From positions 992,001-1,056,000 of the forward strand of contig OZ024749.1 of NCBI GenBank assembly GCA_964016885.1: a DNA stretch of 64,000 nt, in the 5' to 3' direction. Under the pieces are notes generated by a model. It was not told the DNA's origin, did no database searches, and was given only the letters and a program-made list of their open reading frames with translations. Positions 37,530 through 50,295 of this stretch are shown piece after piece (the stretch's first letter is position 1; each line of letters starts with the position of its first letter). The stretch comes from Eledone cirrhosa. Lineage: Eukaryota. The translations under genes were made by a program, and so were the position numbers.

Positions 37530-40500
37530 GGCTGCAAACTCGTGTTCAAGCATTGCCATAGCTTGATAAAATGCTTGATAAAATGCTCAAAAAAGTGAGG
37601 CACAAATGTGAATCTTTAAACCAGCCAAAGACTTGCACCCTTTGGCACATACCCTTTGGCACAAGGTGCCCCTGACACAGTCCTGGTACTGCATTTTTGG
37701 TTTGTGTAGTGGTCACCTTCACATAGTTCTCCGTAGAGAAATTGTTTTGGAATGCGATCATCAGACATCCGGACCAGATGTCCACACCACCTCAACCGAT
37801 GGCAAAAGACCATCCTCTCTATAGTCACGCACCTGCTCCGTTTGAGAACTTCCAAATCACTGACGAACATTTTCCATTGCACCCCAAGTAACTTATGAAG
37901 AGATTGTTGGTGAAATCTCTCCAGATCCTTGAGGTGTTTTCTGTATGTGACCCACATTTCACAAGCATAAAGCAAAGAGGAGACAACACAAGTCTTTTCC
38001 AAGCTTATTGTGAGGCCCAAAGTGCTGAAAGCTCCAGAAAAAGAGTTCATAATATGCTGCATGTCTCTTTGTGAGTGTGCAAAAAGATCGCAGTCATCTG
38101 CATACAAAAACTCTCGGATTAAAGATGTTAATACCTTCGTACTTGCACCAAAGTGCCTGATGTTGAACAACCTTCCTGAAGTGCAATACCGGGTGTAAAC
38201 TTCATCCGAACAATTTTTCCTGAATGATATGAAAAACACTATCATAAAATATAAGGAAAACAGAGTTGGAGCCGGAATGTCCCCCTGCTTCACTCCATTT
38301 TCAACTGATATTGGTTCAGAGATGCTACCACAAATAGTGACCCAAGCCTTCATGTCATCATGAAAAAGACAGAATCTTCACAAACTTTGGAGGGCAGCCA
38401 AGCTTTTCCAAAATTTTCCACAATGCAGTTCGATTGACGGCGTCAAAGACCTTTGTTAAGTCAACAAAGACCTAGTAAAGGTCCATACATTGTTTGATAC
38501 ACTTTTCTTGCAGCTGCCGAGCAGAAAAGATCATATCCTTGAGATCAATCTATCCATCAAAATTTGACACATGACTTTACCAACTACTGAAAGAAGGGAT
38601 ATTCCACAATAATTGCCATATTTGTCCTTCCCTCCCTTTCCTTTATGGAGAATCACCATGAGTGCATCCTTCCTATCTTGTGGGACATTTACATCTTCCC
38701 ACACCTTTTTCATGAGGTCAGTCAGGCGCTGCGTGAAGTTTTCACCACCACACTTCAAAACCTCTGCACTCAGACCAACCATACCAGGAGACTTAGCACA
38801 GCTCAGCTTCTGCACAACACAAGTCACCTCTGCAAGACAAGGTACATCAACCATCTCATGCTTCACTGGTTCAAGAGCTCATCAAAGTGATCTCTCCATC
38901 TGTTGAGTATGTCTTTTGGATCGCGCAGTAACTGCTTGCCATCTTTTCATCTCAACAGTATCATTGGTGAGCTGGAAGGACCATACACTTCTCTGAGTAG
39001 CGTATGCAGCAGTTTCACATTGTTGCCAGCAGGTGCTGTTTGAACTTCATCTGCTTTGTTGCTCCACCAGGTATTTTTCATGACCCTGAGTTTCACCTGC
39101 ACCTCCTTCTCTACCTGTCTGTAATGCTCATAATTGTCACCAACAGAGCTACCACCTTTAAGAACTGCATCAAGTGCCTTTTGTTTTTTGTCCAGCAGAG
39201 CCTTGACCTCCTGGTCATTCTCATCAAACCAGTCCTTGTTTTCATGTGACAAAGCCAAGGACCTCTGCTGAAGCCTCATAGACCGAGCTCCTGAAGTCAT
39301 TCCAGTTGTTCACACAATCAATGTTTTCAAGTCTGTGACCCAGCTCTTCCTTGACACCCCCCTCTTTCATATAATCTATATTCAAGTACCTTGGAATCTT
39401 GTTTGAGGTTTGATCACAAAGTTTGGCTTGAAGCACACCAGACGATGATCTGTGCCACACAGAACACATACTTGCTTGATATCCTGCAGGTCACGTTCCT
39501 TCACAAGAACATAGTTGATCAGATGCCACACCTTCCACCCAGGGTGCACCCATGTCGTCTTGAACTTATTCTTTTGCTGGAACATCGTGCTTGTAATGAA
39601 CAGATCTAACTCCACACACATCTGTAATAAGAGGAGACCATTGCTGTTACATTTCACTATGTCTGCTGACCACATCCCAGATCTCACAATCCTTGCCAAC
39701 ACATGCGTTGAAATCACGATGTACGACAATTTTGTCTGCTGAAGGAACCTTTTTGACAAGTCCCTTCAAAAACCTGTAAAAGGTGAGTTTCTTGACTTCA
39801 TTGAAGTTCATCGTCGGGGTATATACACTGACAGTGGTAAGGTAGTGATTGTACATCAATGGAATTCTCATTGACATGAAACGATCACTGACGCCACTTG
39901 GAAACTGGTCAAGTGTTGACACCAAAGACGTTTTCACGGCAAAAGCCACACCTGCCTTCCTTTTGCATCCTGCTGCTCTGCCACTCAAGTAAAACGTATA
40001 GCCACGGGACATCTCAGTGATATGACCTTCTTCGAGTAGCCTTGTTTCAGATAAGGCAACAATATCCATATTGTATCGTCTCAGCTCTTTGGCAACAAGA
40101 GCTGATCTTCTTTCTGGTCGTGATTCTGAAGACATCAAATCTAATAAGGTTCGGCTGTTCCAGCAACCAATATTCATAGATTTCAACTTCTTCGCAGTGG
40201 CAGGATGACGACCGGGCCCATGCTGCGGTACCATGGGGGACACCTGCCGGGCCAAACCCTTTCACCATCAGTTTCAGAGCGCCCACTGCCATTAATTCGA
40301 ACATTATCATGGTTCATCATTGAATATTTTTGCCTCTTTTGGCTACGGCCAGCCAGAATGCAACAAATTATTTGTTCAAATCGATCAGGCGATGCCTGTG
40401 CTTTAAATTTTTTTAAGTGAAGAAAAGTCTTGCACAGAAGTAATCCCACTCTCTGAGCATGGAGAGCATGTACTGAAAAGAAGAACTGGTCAACATCATC

Positions 40501-40620
40501 GGGTGCCCTCAACACCGCAGGTGTTTATTCGGTGTTTCCCTCTCCTGGAGAAGTGTTGTGACAACAGTTAAGGAGGCATCTCACTCCCAGCAGGTAACCT
40601 GCATGCTTGGGCACCAACCC
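37530..40620 (-). mobile_element. Near-full-length degenerate RTE/BovB-like LINE (APE + RT)
   Basis: Fragmented ORFs: DIVALSETR (APE), GVKQG, LYADD, RLRWCGHLVRM; many frameshifts. Confidence 0.92.
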
Positions 40621-41094
40621 AAGTATTTGCTGTCTCTGCGCACATGTGTAAACAATGTTAAAAAGAAAAAGTTAAAATGTATATGCAAAAGCACACTCTT
40701 GTACATCAGAGGTTATATAAGAGACGAAGGATTTAAAGATTTAAAAAAGTTAAAAGAATTAATATGTATGAATATATACATACATCATCATCGTTTAATG
40801 TCCATCTTCCACCCTAGCATGGGTTAGACAGTTTTGTTCCATTTGATGCGGGAATGGTCGGGAGACCATGTCTCGCTCGCATCGAAGCGTCTCTGGTAGG
40901 TTTTTTTACAGCTGGTTGTCCTTCCTAACACCAACCACATTTACAGTGTGGACTGGGAGCCTTTTCACTGTGTCTCAGTGTGGACTGTTGTGTTATTGAC
41001 ACAGTGGACGGAACAAGAGAGGGAGGATGGGGTTTGACGTGGGGGCGGGGTGTACATTGGGTTAAGAGGTGCTTACTGACTAGGTTTGTATGCA

Positions 41095-42690
41095 ATGGCA
41101 GCCAGGTCTTCTGTACAACTGCATGGCGCCAATCGTCTCGATCCAGTGTCATTGTCTTAGAGAGGCGTAGGTGAGCAAGGTCAGTTTTTATCACCTTGTC
41201 CCAGGTTTTTCTTGGTCTACCCACTCCGCAGCTTCCATCAATTTTCATTGCCCTACACTTTTTTATACAGCTGTCGTCCTTCATACACATCAAATGTCCA
41301 TACCAACACAATCTCCACTCCAGAACACAACATTTGATACCTCTTATGCTTAGTCACCCTCATAATTCGTTTATGCTTCGCCTTTAACACACATTACTAT
41401 TACACATCCATCGGAGCATGCGAGCTTTATTTCTTTCTAATCTACACAGGTCTTCAGCACCCAATGCCCAAGAGTCACTATCATGTAATATTGCTGGCAC
41501 ATGGCTTAGTGGTTAGAGCATTGGCCTTGCAATCGAAAGGTTGTGAGTTTAATTCTCAGACCGGGTGATGTGTTGTGTCTTTGAGCAAGAAACTTTATTT
41601 CACATTGCTCCAGTTTACTCAGCTGTAGAAATGAGATGATAGGACTGGGGTCCTTATCATTCCACTGCAAAGTGGTTGTGGAGGTGCCACGGCAAAAAAG
41701 CACCCAGCACTCACTGTAAAGTGGTCGTGTAGGCGCCATGGAAAAAAAGCACCCAACACTCACTGTAAATGAAGTTGGTGTTAGGAAGGGTATCCAGCTG
41801 TAGAAATCAAGCCAGAATCAGTTCCCGTCCCACCCTTGCAAGCAGGGAAAAGCAGATGTAAAATGATGATGATGATGATCATACATGTGTCATACAATCT
41901 GCCTTTCATTTTTAGAGCAAGACCACTTGTGGCCAACAGCGGTATTAACTCTCTGAACTTTTTCCATCCCATTCTAACTCTGGCTACTGTACTTTCAGAG
42001 CACCCTCTTCCACTGCTGATTTTGTCACCCAGGTAACGGAAAGTGTCTACTATTTCTATAGAACCATCTGGGCAGTTGAAGGAGATAGCATCCTGTGGGC
42101 ACTTGCTACTTACTGCACCTGAGCATCGGCCACATATAAAATTTACATTCTTAGATAGATTACCTCTGATCCCACTACATCTTTTCTGTACCCATACTTT
42201 GCATTTGGGATGTAGAATGGAGTTTCTACCTACTCCTTTCTTACACACTGAGCATGGCCATTTCCCAGAGGGTACCTGTGCCCTATTCTCCTTTCTACAT
42301 ACTAGAACCTTAGTCTTAGACAAGTTGACTCTAAGGCCTTTTGATTCTAGGCCATGCTTCCATGTTTGGAATTTCTTCTCTAGTTCAGCCATAGATTCAG
42401 CTATGAGAGTTATATCATCTGCACATAGAAGTTCCCATGCGCAGCCAGTCTTAAACCCCTCTGTTATAGCCTGTAGGACAATAATAAACAGGAGGTGGTT
42501 AAGAATGGATCCCCGGTGAACCCCTACTATTACGATAAATTCATCACTATATTCATCGTTAATTCTAACCTTGTTGACTTCCTCTATACATGGCTTGTAT
42601 AACTCTCACAAGCCATTCTTCCACTCCTAATTTTCTAAGAGCCCACCATATTAAGGTGCGTGTGACTATGTCAAAGGCCTTCTCCAGGTA
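41095..42690 (-). mobile_element. RTE LINE fragment with PHD-like insert, interrupted by a SINE at about 41497-41880
   Basis: ORFs 41781-42392, 42565-42795 and 40925-41311 are homologous to the 12075 element. Confidence 0.88.
41497..41880 (+). mobile_element. tRNA-headed SINE with two copies of the 48-bp-type unit and an RTE-derived 3' tail
   Basis: A-box-like tggcttagtgg, B-box-like gagtttaattc; tail cccacccttgcaagcagggaaaagc...(GAT)n nearly identical to the RTE 3' end. Confidence 0.8.
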
Positions 42691-45217
42691 TATATATACC
42701 AAACTCGTCCCATGGACTGAGTGCTCTACGACTACGGATATTACCTTCCAGTGTTCTACCTCTCTCTCTCTCTCTATATATATATATACACACACACATA
42801 TATGATGGCTGCAAACTCTGTTAAGAGTACTGCAATCGCTTGTCAGATTATATAGTTTGGTGCACTTTTAGGCTACGGCCAGCCACACAAACCTGTAACA
42901 TATTCTGAACAAGCAATGCCTGCACTTTGAAGGTTTTTTAAAGTGGGGAATGTCCTTGCGCTCAACCAATCCCACTCTCTGAGCATCGAAACACTACTCA
43001 GGAGAACTGATCAACATCATCGGATGCTTCTGAAACTGCAGGTTTTCTTTTTCAGAGTTTCCCTCTCCTAGAAAGGTGTGACAACAACTGGGGGCCTTTC
43101 ACTCTCAGGTGGAGAAAAAAAAAAGAAAAGAAAAGTACTATTTGGATGACCATTGATTGTTGAGTTCCTCCACCCTTTGCATACATACATATATGGTGGC
43201 TGCCAACTCGTTTTCGAGTACGGCCACTACTTTATATCCATGTAGGAGAACCCCTACCGATGCGCTGAATGAGTGTGACTTAGTCCAGCCAACGACTTGA
43301 AAACTCTGGTACAAACACTACACTTGTGACAATTATTGACACATAGTTTTGGGCCCATGGTACCATGTGATGACAAGTGCAGAGAGATCTCCAGATATAA
43401 AGCAATGCCTGTGCCGTGAAGCTTTTATAGTGAGCAAAAGCACTGCACAAAGCCAGTCCCACTCTCTTAACCAAGATGATATTTACCAAAAAGAAGAACA
43501 AGTCAACATCATTGGATACCATCAGAGTTGCAGGTGTTATATCAGAGTTTTCCTTCTCCTAGAATTCTGTCTTGACAAAGGCTAAGGGGTTATCTCTCCC
43601 GGACATACATATATAGATGCATTAATACCTACATATATACATACATGCATATATACACATATACATATATTCACACACACACACCTGTGTTACATGTATA
43701 TGTAACTTTAATGCTTGATATAGTCCTTCTTTGGAGGATAGAATGGGAGTAAAAGAAGAAATACAAGACAAGAAAGACAAGACAAGAGTAAGAAAAAGGA
43801 AACAGAAAAAAATGTGGTTATTGCTCTCAGCTATGTAGGTTTAGCTGACCTTGTATGAGGTTGTATCCCATAAGAGGTTTCACACGTGTTTTAAAGATAG
43901 GGGCTCTAATGATATTTTGACTTTTCCTCTTACTGACCAATTGCTGGTTCATAGTAGAGGTTAACCCCACCCACTACCGGTTGCTGTTGATAATCGTTTT
44001 TGTCTTTAACAGAGTGGACTAGAGCAACATGAAATAAAGCATGTTGATCCAAGAATTGAACCAATGATTTTGTGTCCAATATCTTAACTATGCCACATAT
44101 CTTCATTGTGGTAGCCACACAGGCTTCTTCTTCATCCACTTATTCCTAGGCGGCTCATGGGGGCAGAGATCTCAAACACCCCCTCCAGTGAGTCCTGTTA
44201 GAAGCAACTGTCTCCAATTGATCCAGCTGGATCCCCAAGAAATAACCAACATAGCTCGTGAATATTATCCAACCATCTTGCTCGGGGTCGACCCTTGGGA
44301 TCTCTTGCTGGTTGGTTTTGCCCCTAAAATCTGTCCAGCAATTCTTTCCTTAGACAATCTAATCAAATGTTATATTATTATCAAATCTAATAATATTGGA
44401 GCTGTTATCTCTCAATTTGGGGAAGTAGCAGCTCTACCTGGAGAGTGACTGACATATACAGAGGTGAAACACCTGAGATATACCAACACTCACCCAGCAC
44501 AGCTGATGGAAAGGTGAACAACTGTGTGACTAATTCATATTCTATTCTCTATACATGTACATAAGATGTCTTATTACTGCAGAAATAAATAAATTATAGG
44601 CAGATAGATGATGGCAATATTGATACCAGCAGAAACCTCTGACACAGAAATGAAATACAATAAAACAATTTGAGGAGGTGGAATTATTGATAAAGCGAAA
44701 GTGTTAAAATGTACAATATTTGTGTAGCAGAGATATGACATTCAAGGTAAAATATCTTACAACTGTCATGTAATTTCTCTCTCAAAACACAGCAATCATT
44801 TATTTTCTGAAGGTATTTATTTACTGTCAGTGTTTATGGAGATTTCCAGAACATACTTATGTTGATCACTCACAGAAATAAAATATTTACTGAAGCTTAA
44901 AGGGGAGAAAAAGAAAAAGTAAAAGAAAAAATGTATCATAACCATCAACCAATATTCTATGTTCTATAGTGTCGGGTCACTCTTGAGTGCTACTGGTAAC
45001 ATGTAAACCAGTACAACCTGTCGCATGGTCGGGTCATCGGCGACTAAACTGGCAACACCACCAAGTTTACTTGGTGAGGAGGGTGGTTTTGGACACTCTG
45101 GAGGACAAAAAAACAAAACCTGACAAAGGGCGGAAGAACTGATAAGAGTCAACGGCCTTCCAAAAATGTGTAAATATGTATATACACATGTACATATGTA
45201 TATACGTGTGTATATGC

Positions 45218-48200
45218 CTGGGGTGTCAGGGAGGGGCATTTACCTCTGTAGGGGGGGGGGGACAAGCCATGCCTTTTTCAGGACAGCTTGTCCTGCATTG
45301 GGTCCCACCTGACACTCACCTCTCACCTGTGGCCCCCAGAAGCTGTAGCATGTGACAGCGGCCACACCCTGGTAAACCGCCTTGGCTGGCAGGCCGAACC
45401 AGGTTGAGGGTAGCCGGATCAGTCTTGAAACCCCCTGGCGAGTTAGATAAGGGATGCCTGCCCCTGCATGCGAAGACTGGACCCGGCAGAGTGAGTGGAG
45501 GAGGACAACATCGCCCCAACAGTCACGAAGGCGGCAACAGCAAGCGGTGTGGAGCGCTAGGGTACGGCAAGGCACTACAGATGTTGCGGCCATCCACTGC
45601 AGCCAAGGAAGTCCCTGGTCCTCCGTACCACCGGATTCTGGCTTCTGTGGCCGAGTGAGTGGGACCGTCACTGTGCACTGGCCCTCCCACTATAAACCTT
45701 TCCCGCACAAGTTTCTTCTTTAGCGTGCACTCCCAAAGCCCTGAGGTGATGGGCGAGAGGTGGAGATAACAGGTGGAGGTAACCTCTGGGAGTTGCCAGT
45801 CGCAAACCCACACGTGGGCGGCCTGGATGCGCAAGTCCTTCTCCTCCTGACCCTGGGATGACAGAGATCCGGCATTCCACCGGGCGACTGAGCAGCCCTT
45901 TTCAGGGGAGCACTGCTCACCCTCGCACAAGGGGAGGGGCGATAAAAGGAGCCCTAACCAAATGCTCGTCTCACACAAAGCCGGCCAGTCTACTGCGGCT
46001 GGTGATTTTACCCTTGCAAGCGGTCGAAACCAACATAATAGAAAGAAGAACTTGATTCTTGGCGCATGGAATGTGTGCACCCTCATGGATAGAGAAACCT
46101 CCTTGAGGCCAGAGAGAAGAACTGCCCTCATAGCAAGGGAATTAGCTCACTACCGGATCGACATAGCCGCCCTCAGCGAGGCTAGACTTGCCGAAGAAGG
46201 AATAATAGCAGAACCGAAAGGAGGCTACACCTTCTTCTGGAAGGGCAATGCAAAGGACGAGGACAAAATCCATGGGGTAGGCCTGGCCATCACGACTTCA
46301 CTCTGCAAGCAGCTACCAGACCTCCCAACACCTGTGAGTGAGCGGCTGATGAAGCTCCACTTACCCCTCAACCCATCTCGGCTTGTCACAGTCATCAGCA
46401 CGTACGCCCCCACTCTCACCAGCAGCGATGACACAAAGGACGCTTTCTACAGGGAACTCAACGCACTCATGAAGGGCGTCCCCCCAAGCGATAAACTCAT
46501 CCTACTGAGGGACTTCAACGCAAGAGTCGGGTCTGACAGCAGCAACTGGAGAGGCGTGTTGGGACCTCACGGCGCAGGGAAGCTGAACTCTAACGGCCTC
46601 ATACTGTTGAGTTTCTGCGCCGAGAACGTCCTCACCATCTCCAGCACACTGTTCCGCCAGGCAGACAAGTTCAAGAAGACATGGATACACCCCATATCCA
46701 AACAGGGGCATCTGATTGACTTTGCCATATGCCGCAGGAGGGACATCTGTGACGTCAGAATCACCAGGGCCATGCGTGGTGCAGAGTGTCGGACTGACCA
46801 TCGCCTTGTCAGGACCATCCTGTCACTGCACATCACCCCAACGCATCGCAAGACTCTGAAAGTCTGTAGGCAAGCTTTCGATGTCGCACAACTCAAGCAG
46901 CCAGAGCATTGTGATGCATTCGCGGAAGACCTAGACGGCCGGCTGACTGCCCATGGACCACTGACCAGACCCCCAACTCAGCAGTGGGACCAGTTCAGGT
47001 CACTGGTGGCAGAGTCAGCCAAGGTAACCATCGGAAGAGAGTCCACCAGGACTGGTTTGATGAAAACAATGAGCGTATCAGACAACTCCTGGATGAGAAG
47101 AGGAGGGATTTCATTGAGTGGCTGAATGACAGCTCCTCCACCTCGAAGCGCGACCGCTTCAAGCACCTCCAGAGGCAGACCCAAGCAGCGCTACGCAGAA
47201 TGCAGGACAAGTGGTGGGGAAAGAAGGCCGAAGAAGTCGAGAGATATGCTGACACAAAGAACTCCAAGATGTTCTTCAGCGCCATCGGGGACGTCTACGG
47301 ACGCCCCCAAGCCTGTCACCACACCGCTGCTGTCTGCTGACGGCTCGATCCTGCTGAAGGAGAAGTGCAGCATCAACTCGAGGTGGAGAGAGCACTTCAG
47401 CAACCTACTCAAGAGGCCCTCCACTGTCGGCCCTGCCGCCCTCGTCCAGGTCCCACAGAAGCCCGTAGTCGGCAGCCTCTCCCTCTCCCCCCACGTTGGA
47501 TGAAGTCACGAATGCAATCAACCAGACCAGCTCAGGAAAGGCCCTTGAGAAGGACAGGATTCCTGCCGAGATCTTCAAGTCGGCCGTTCCAGCTACCCTG
47601 GGGGCCTTCCACACCCTCCTCGTCAGCATATGGGAGGAAGAAGAGGTGCCCAAAGACTTCAGGGATGCCACAGTTGTCTCGCTTTTTAAGAACAGAGGCA
47701 GCAAAACTGACTGTGGCAACTATCGGGGCATTTCTCGCCTGTCCATCGTTGGAAGGTCCTGGCTCGGGTCATGCTCAACCGCCTCATCGCCAACATCTCG
47801 GAGGACAAGCTGCCTGAGGCCCAGTGCGGGTTCCACCCAAACCGCAGCACGATTGACATGATCTTCTCTGTACGCCAGGTGCAGGAGAAGTGTGTCGAGC
47901 AGAACGTGGACCTCTTTGCCGTCTTCATAGACTTGACGAAGGCCTTCGACACTGTCAGCAGGGAGGCCCTCTGGTCAATCCTGTCGAAGTTTGTGAACCT
48001 GATACAGCAATTCCATGACGACATGACCGAGCAGGTGCGCTCGGGCGGAGAAGCATCGGAGCCATTTGGAATCACCAATGGCGTCAAGCAAGGATGCGTG
48101 CTGGCTCTCGTCCTCTTCAACCTGTTCTTCACCTGCGTGCTCAATCATGCCATCAGGGACCTCGAGCACAGAGTGTATCTGCGATACAGACTGGACGGCT

Positions 48201-49215
48201 CCCTGTTTGACCTGCGGCGCCTGACGGCCAAGACAAGGACCACGCAGAGGATCGTCCTGGAGGCACTTTTTGCTGACGACTGCCCGCATGGCCCACAGAG
48301 TGTCTGACCTCCAAGTCATCGGTCTCACAATTAGCCTTGGCAAGACTGAGGTTCTGTTCCAGCCTGCACCTGCCTCCGTCGCCCACCCTCCTTCCATCTC
48401 CATCTCAGGCACCCAGTTAGAGACGGTGGATGACTTCAAGTACCTCGGTAGTGACATCAGCAGCGATGGAAGCCTCGACAAGGAGATAAACGTCAGAATC
48501 TGCAGGGCCAGTCAAGCCCTTGGCCGCCTGAGGACACGCGTCCTGAACCAGCATAACATCAGGCAGTCCACCAAGCTTAAGGTGTTCTCACCAGCCTCCT
48601 CTACGGATGCGAGACATGGACCCTGTACAGAAGGCACCTGAAGCAGCTGGAACGGTTCCACATGCGCAGCCTGTGGTCAATCATGAACATCAAATGGCAA
48701 GACAAGGTCTCCAACATCGAAGTTCTTGACATGGCTGAGACAACCAGTGTCGAAGCTGTGATACTGAAGAGCCGACTTCGATGGGTGGGACATGTCATCC
48801 GGATGGACGATCACAGGCTTCCGAAGCAACTGATGTATAGGGAACTCTGTTCGGAGAAACGAAAGCGAGGCAGGCCTCTCAAGAGGTTCAAGGACTGCAT
48901 GAAGTCCAGCATCAACAACACTGGAATCGCCCCAAAACAACTCGAGTCCCATGCTCAGGACAGGACTGAGTGTCGAGCCCTTACCAGACGCGCCAAAGAC
49001 TCTTTTGAAGAGAAAGACGGGCAGAGGTCACTGAGGCCCATGAAAGGGGAGCAAGGCATCAACAACTGACCCAAGCGACTCTGGCCTCTTCCTCTGCCCC
49101 CACTGTCCTCGGACTTGCAAGTCAAGGATCGGCTTTCACAGCCACCTTCGTGCCCGTGGCAGGCGGGAACTAAAGTAGAGAAGATGTCATCATTGTTTAC
49201 GATGGACAACCAAGA
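45218..49215 (+). mobile_element. Near-full-length GC-rich RTE/BovB-like LINE with 5' UTR, APE and RT, frameshifted
   Basis: GAWNV, IDIAALSE, DFNARVG, QCGF, FIDLTKAFD, GVKQG, FADD and RLRWVGHVIRM across ORFs 45962-49069. Confidence 0.95.
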
Positions 49216-49279
49216 TATATCATAAAGAAGACAGTTTTAAATGTACTTCCTCTATTATATAATCCTATTATATGTATTT

Positions 49280-50295
49280 CAACTACTGCAGCTTCCATCC
49301 ATTGGATTTCATGGCATTTCTTCACTCATCGGTCATAGTTCATGCACATCACAAGTCCATACCAATGTAGTCTTCTCTCCTACACACCACCTTGTATTCC
49401 CCTTAAACCCAGCTTCTCCCTCAGCTTTTCTCTCACATTTACACTGCACATCTAACGAAATGTGGTTGCTTCATTTCTATTCAGTCTATGCATGTCTTGC
49501 AGCATCGGGCACCGCTCAGTAGTTCTTTAAACTTCTTCCATTCTACCCTTATTCTAGCTATTATACACTCTGCACACTAATTAGGTCACCTAGATAGCAG
49601 AAGCTATCAACCACATCTATAGATCCTTCCTGTGACTTCCTCTTGATTTCTCCTGTGCATCTTCTACAAATAAAGTTCTCCCTTCCTGTTAGTCTACTAG
49701 TTATCCCACTACATCTTTTGTGTACTCAAGATTTACTACATTGTGTACATTGTATGGAGTTTATGCCCCCTCCTTTTCTACATATTGAGCAGGACCCCTT
49801 CCCTGAGGGTATAAGGGTCCTATCTTCTCTCCTACTCACTAGCACCTAGGCTTTTTGATTTCAAATTCAATTTCTATAATTGGAATTTATTTTCTACCTC
49901 TTTTTTGGTTTCAACTATAAGGACTATATCATCTACATAGAGAAGCTCCCATGAGCAGCCCATTTTAAACTCCTCTATTATGGCCTGAAGAACTTGGAAG
50001 AACTCCTATCTGTACCTTGAATTCCTTGCTAAACTCATTTCCTATTCTCTCTTTACTGACTGCTCCGCTGTACATAGTTTGCACTGCTCTCTCACAAGCC
50101 ATTCTTCTGCACCCAATTTCCTTAAGGATCATCAGATAATAGATCGAGGTAGTCTGTCAAAGGCCTTCTCTAGATCAACAAAAGCTAAATATAGTGGTTT
50201 ATTCTTGCCTAGGAACTTCTCTTGTAGTTGTCTCACTAAGAAGAGGGCATCTGTAGTAATTTTCCCAGGTATGAAACCAAACTGCATCTCATGAC
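49280..50295 (-). mobile_element. Degenerate RTE LINE fragment
   Basis: EMQFGF...AFVDLEKAFD in ORF 50132-50362. Confidence 0.85.
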
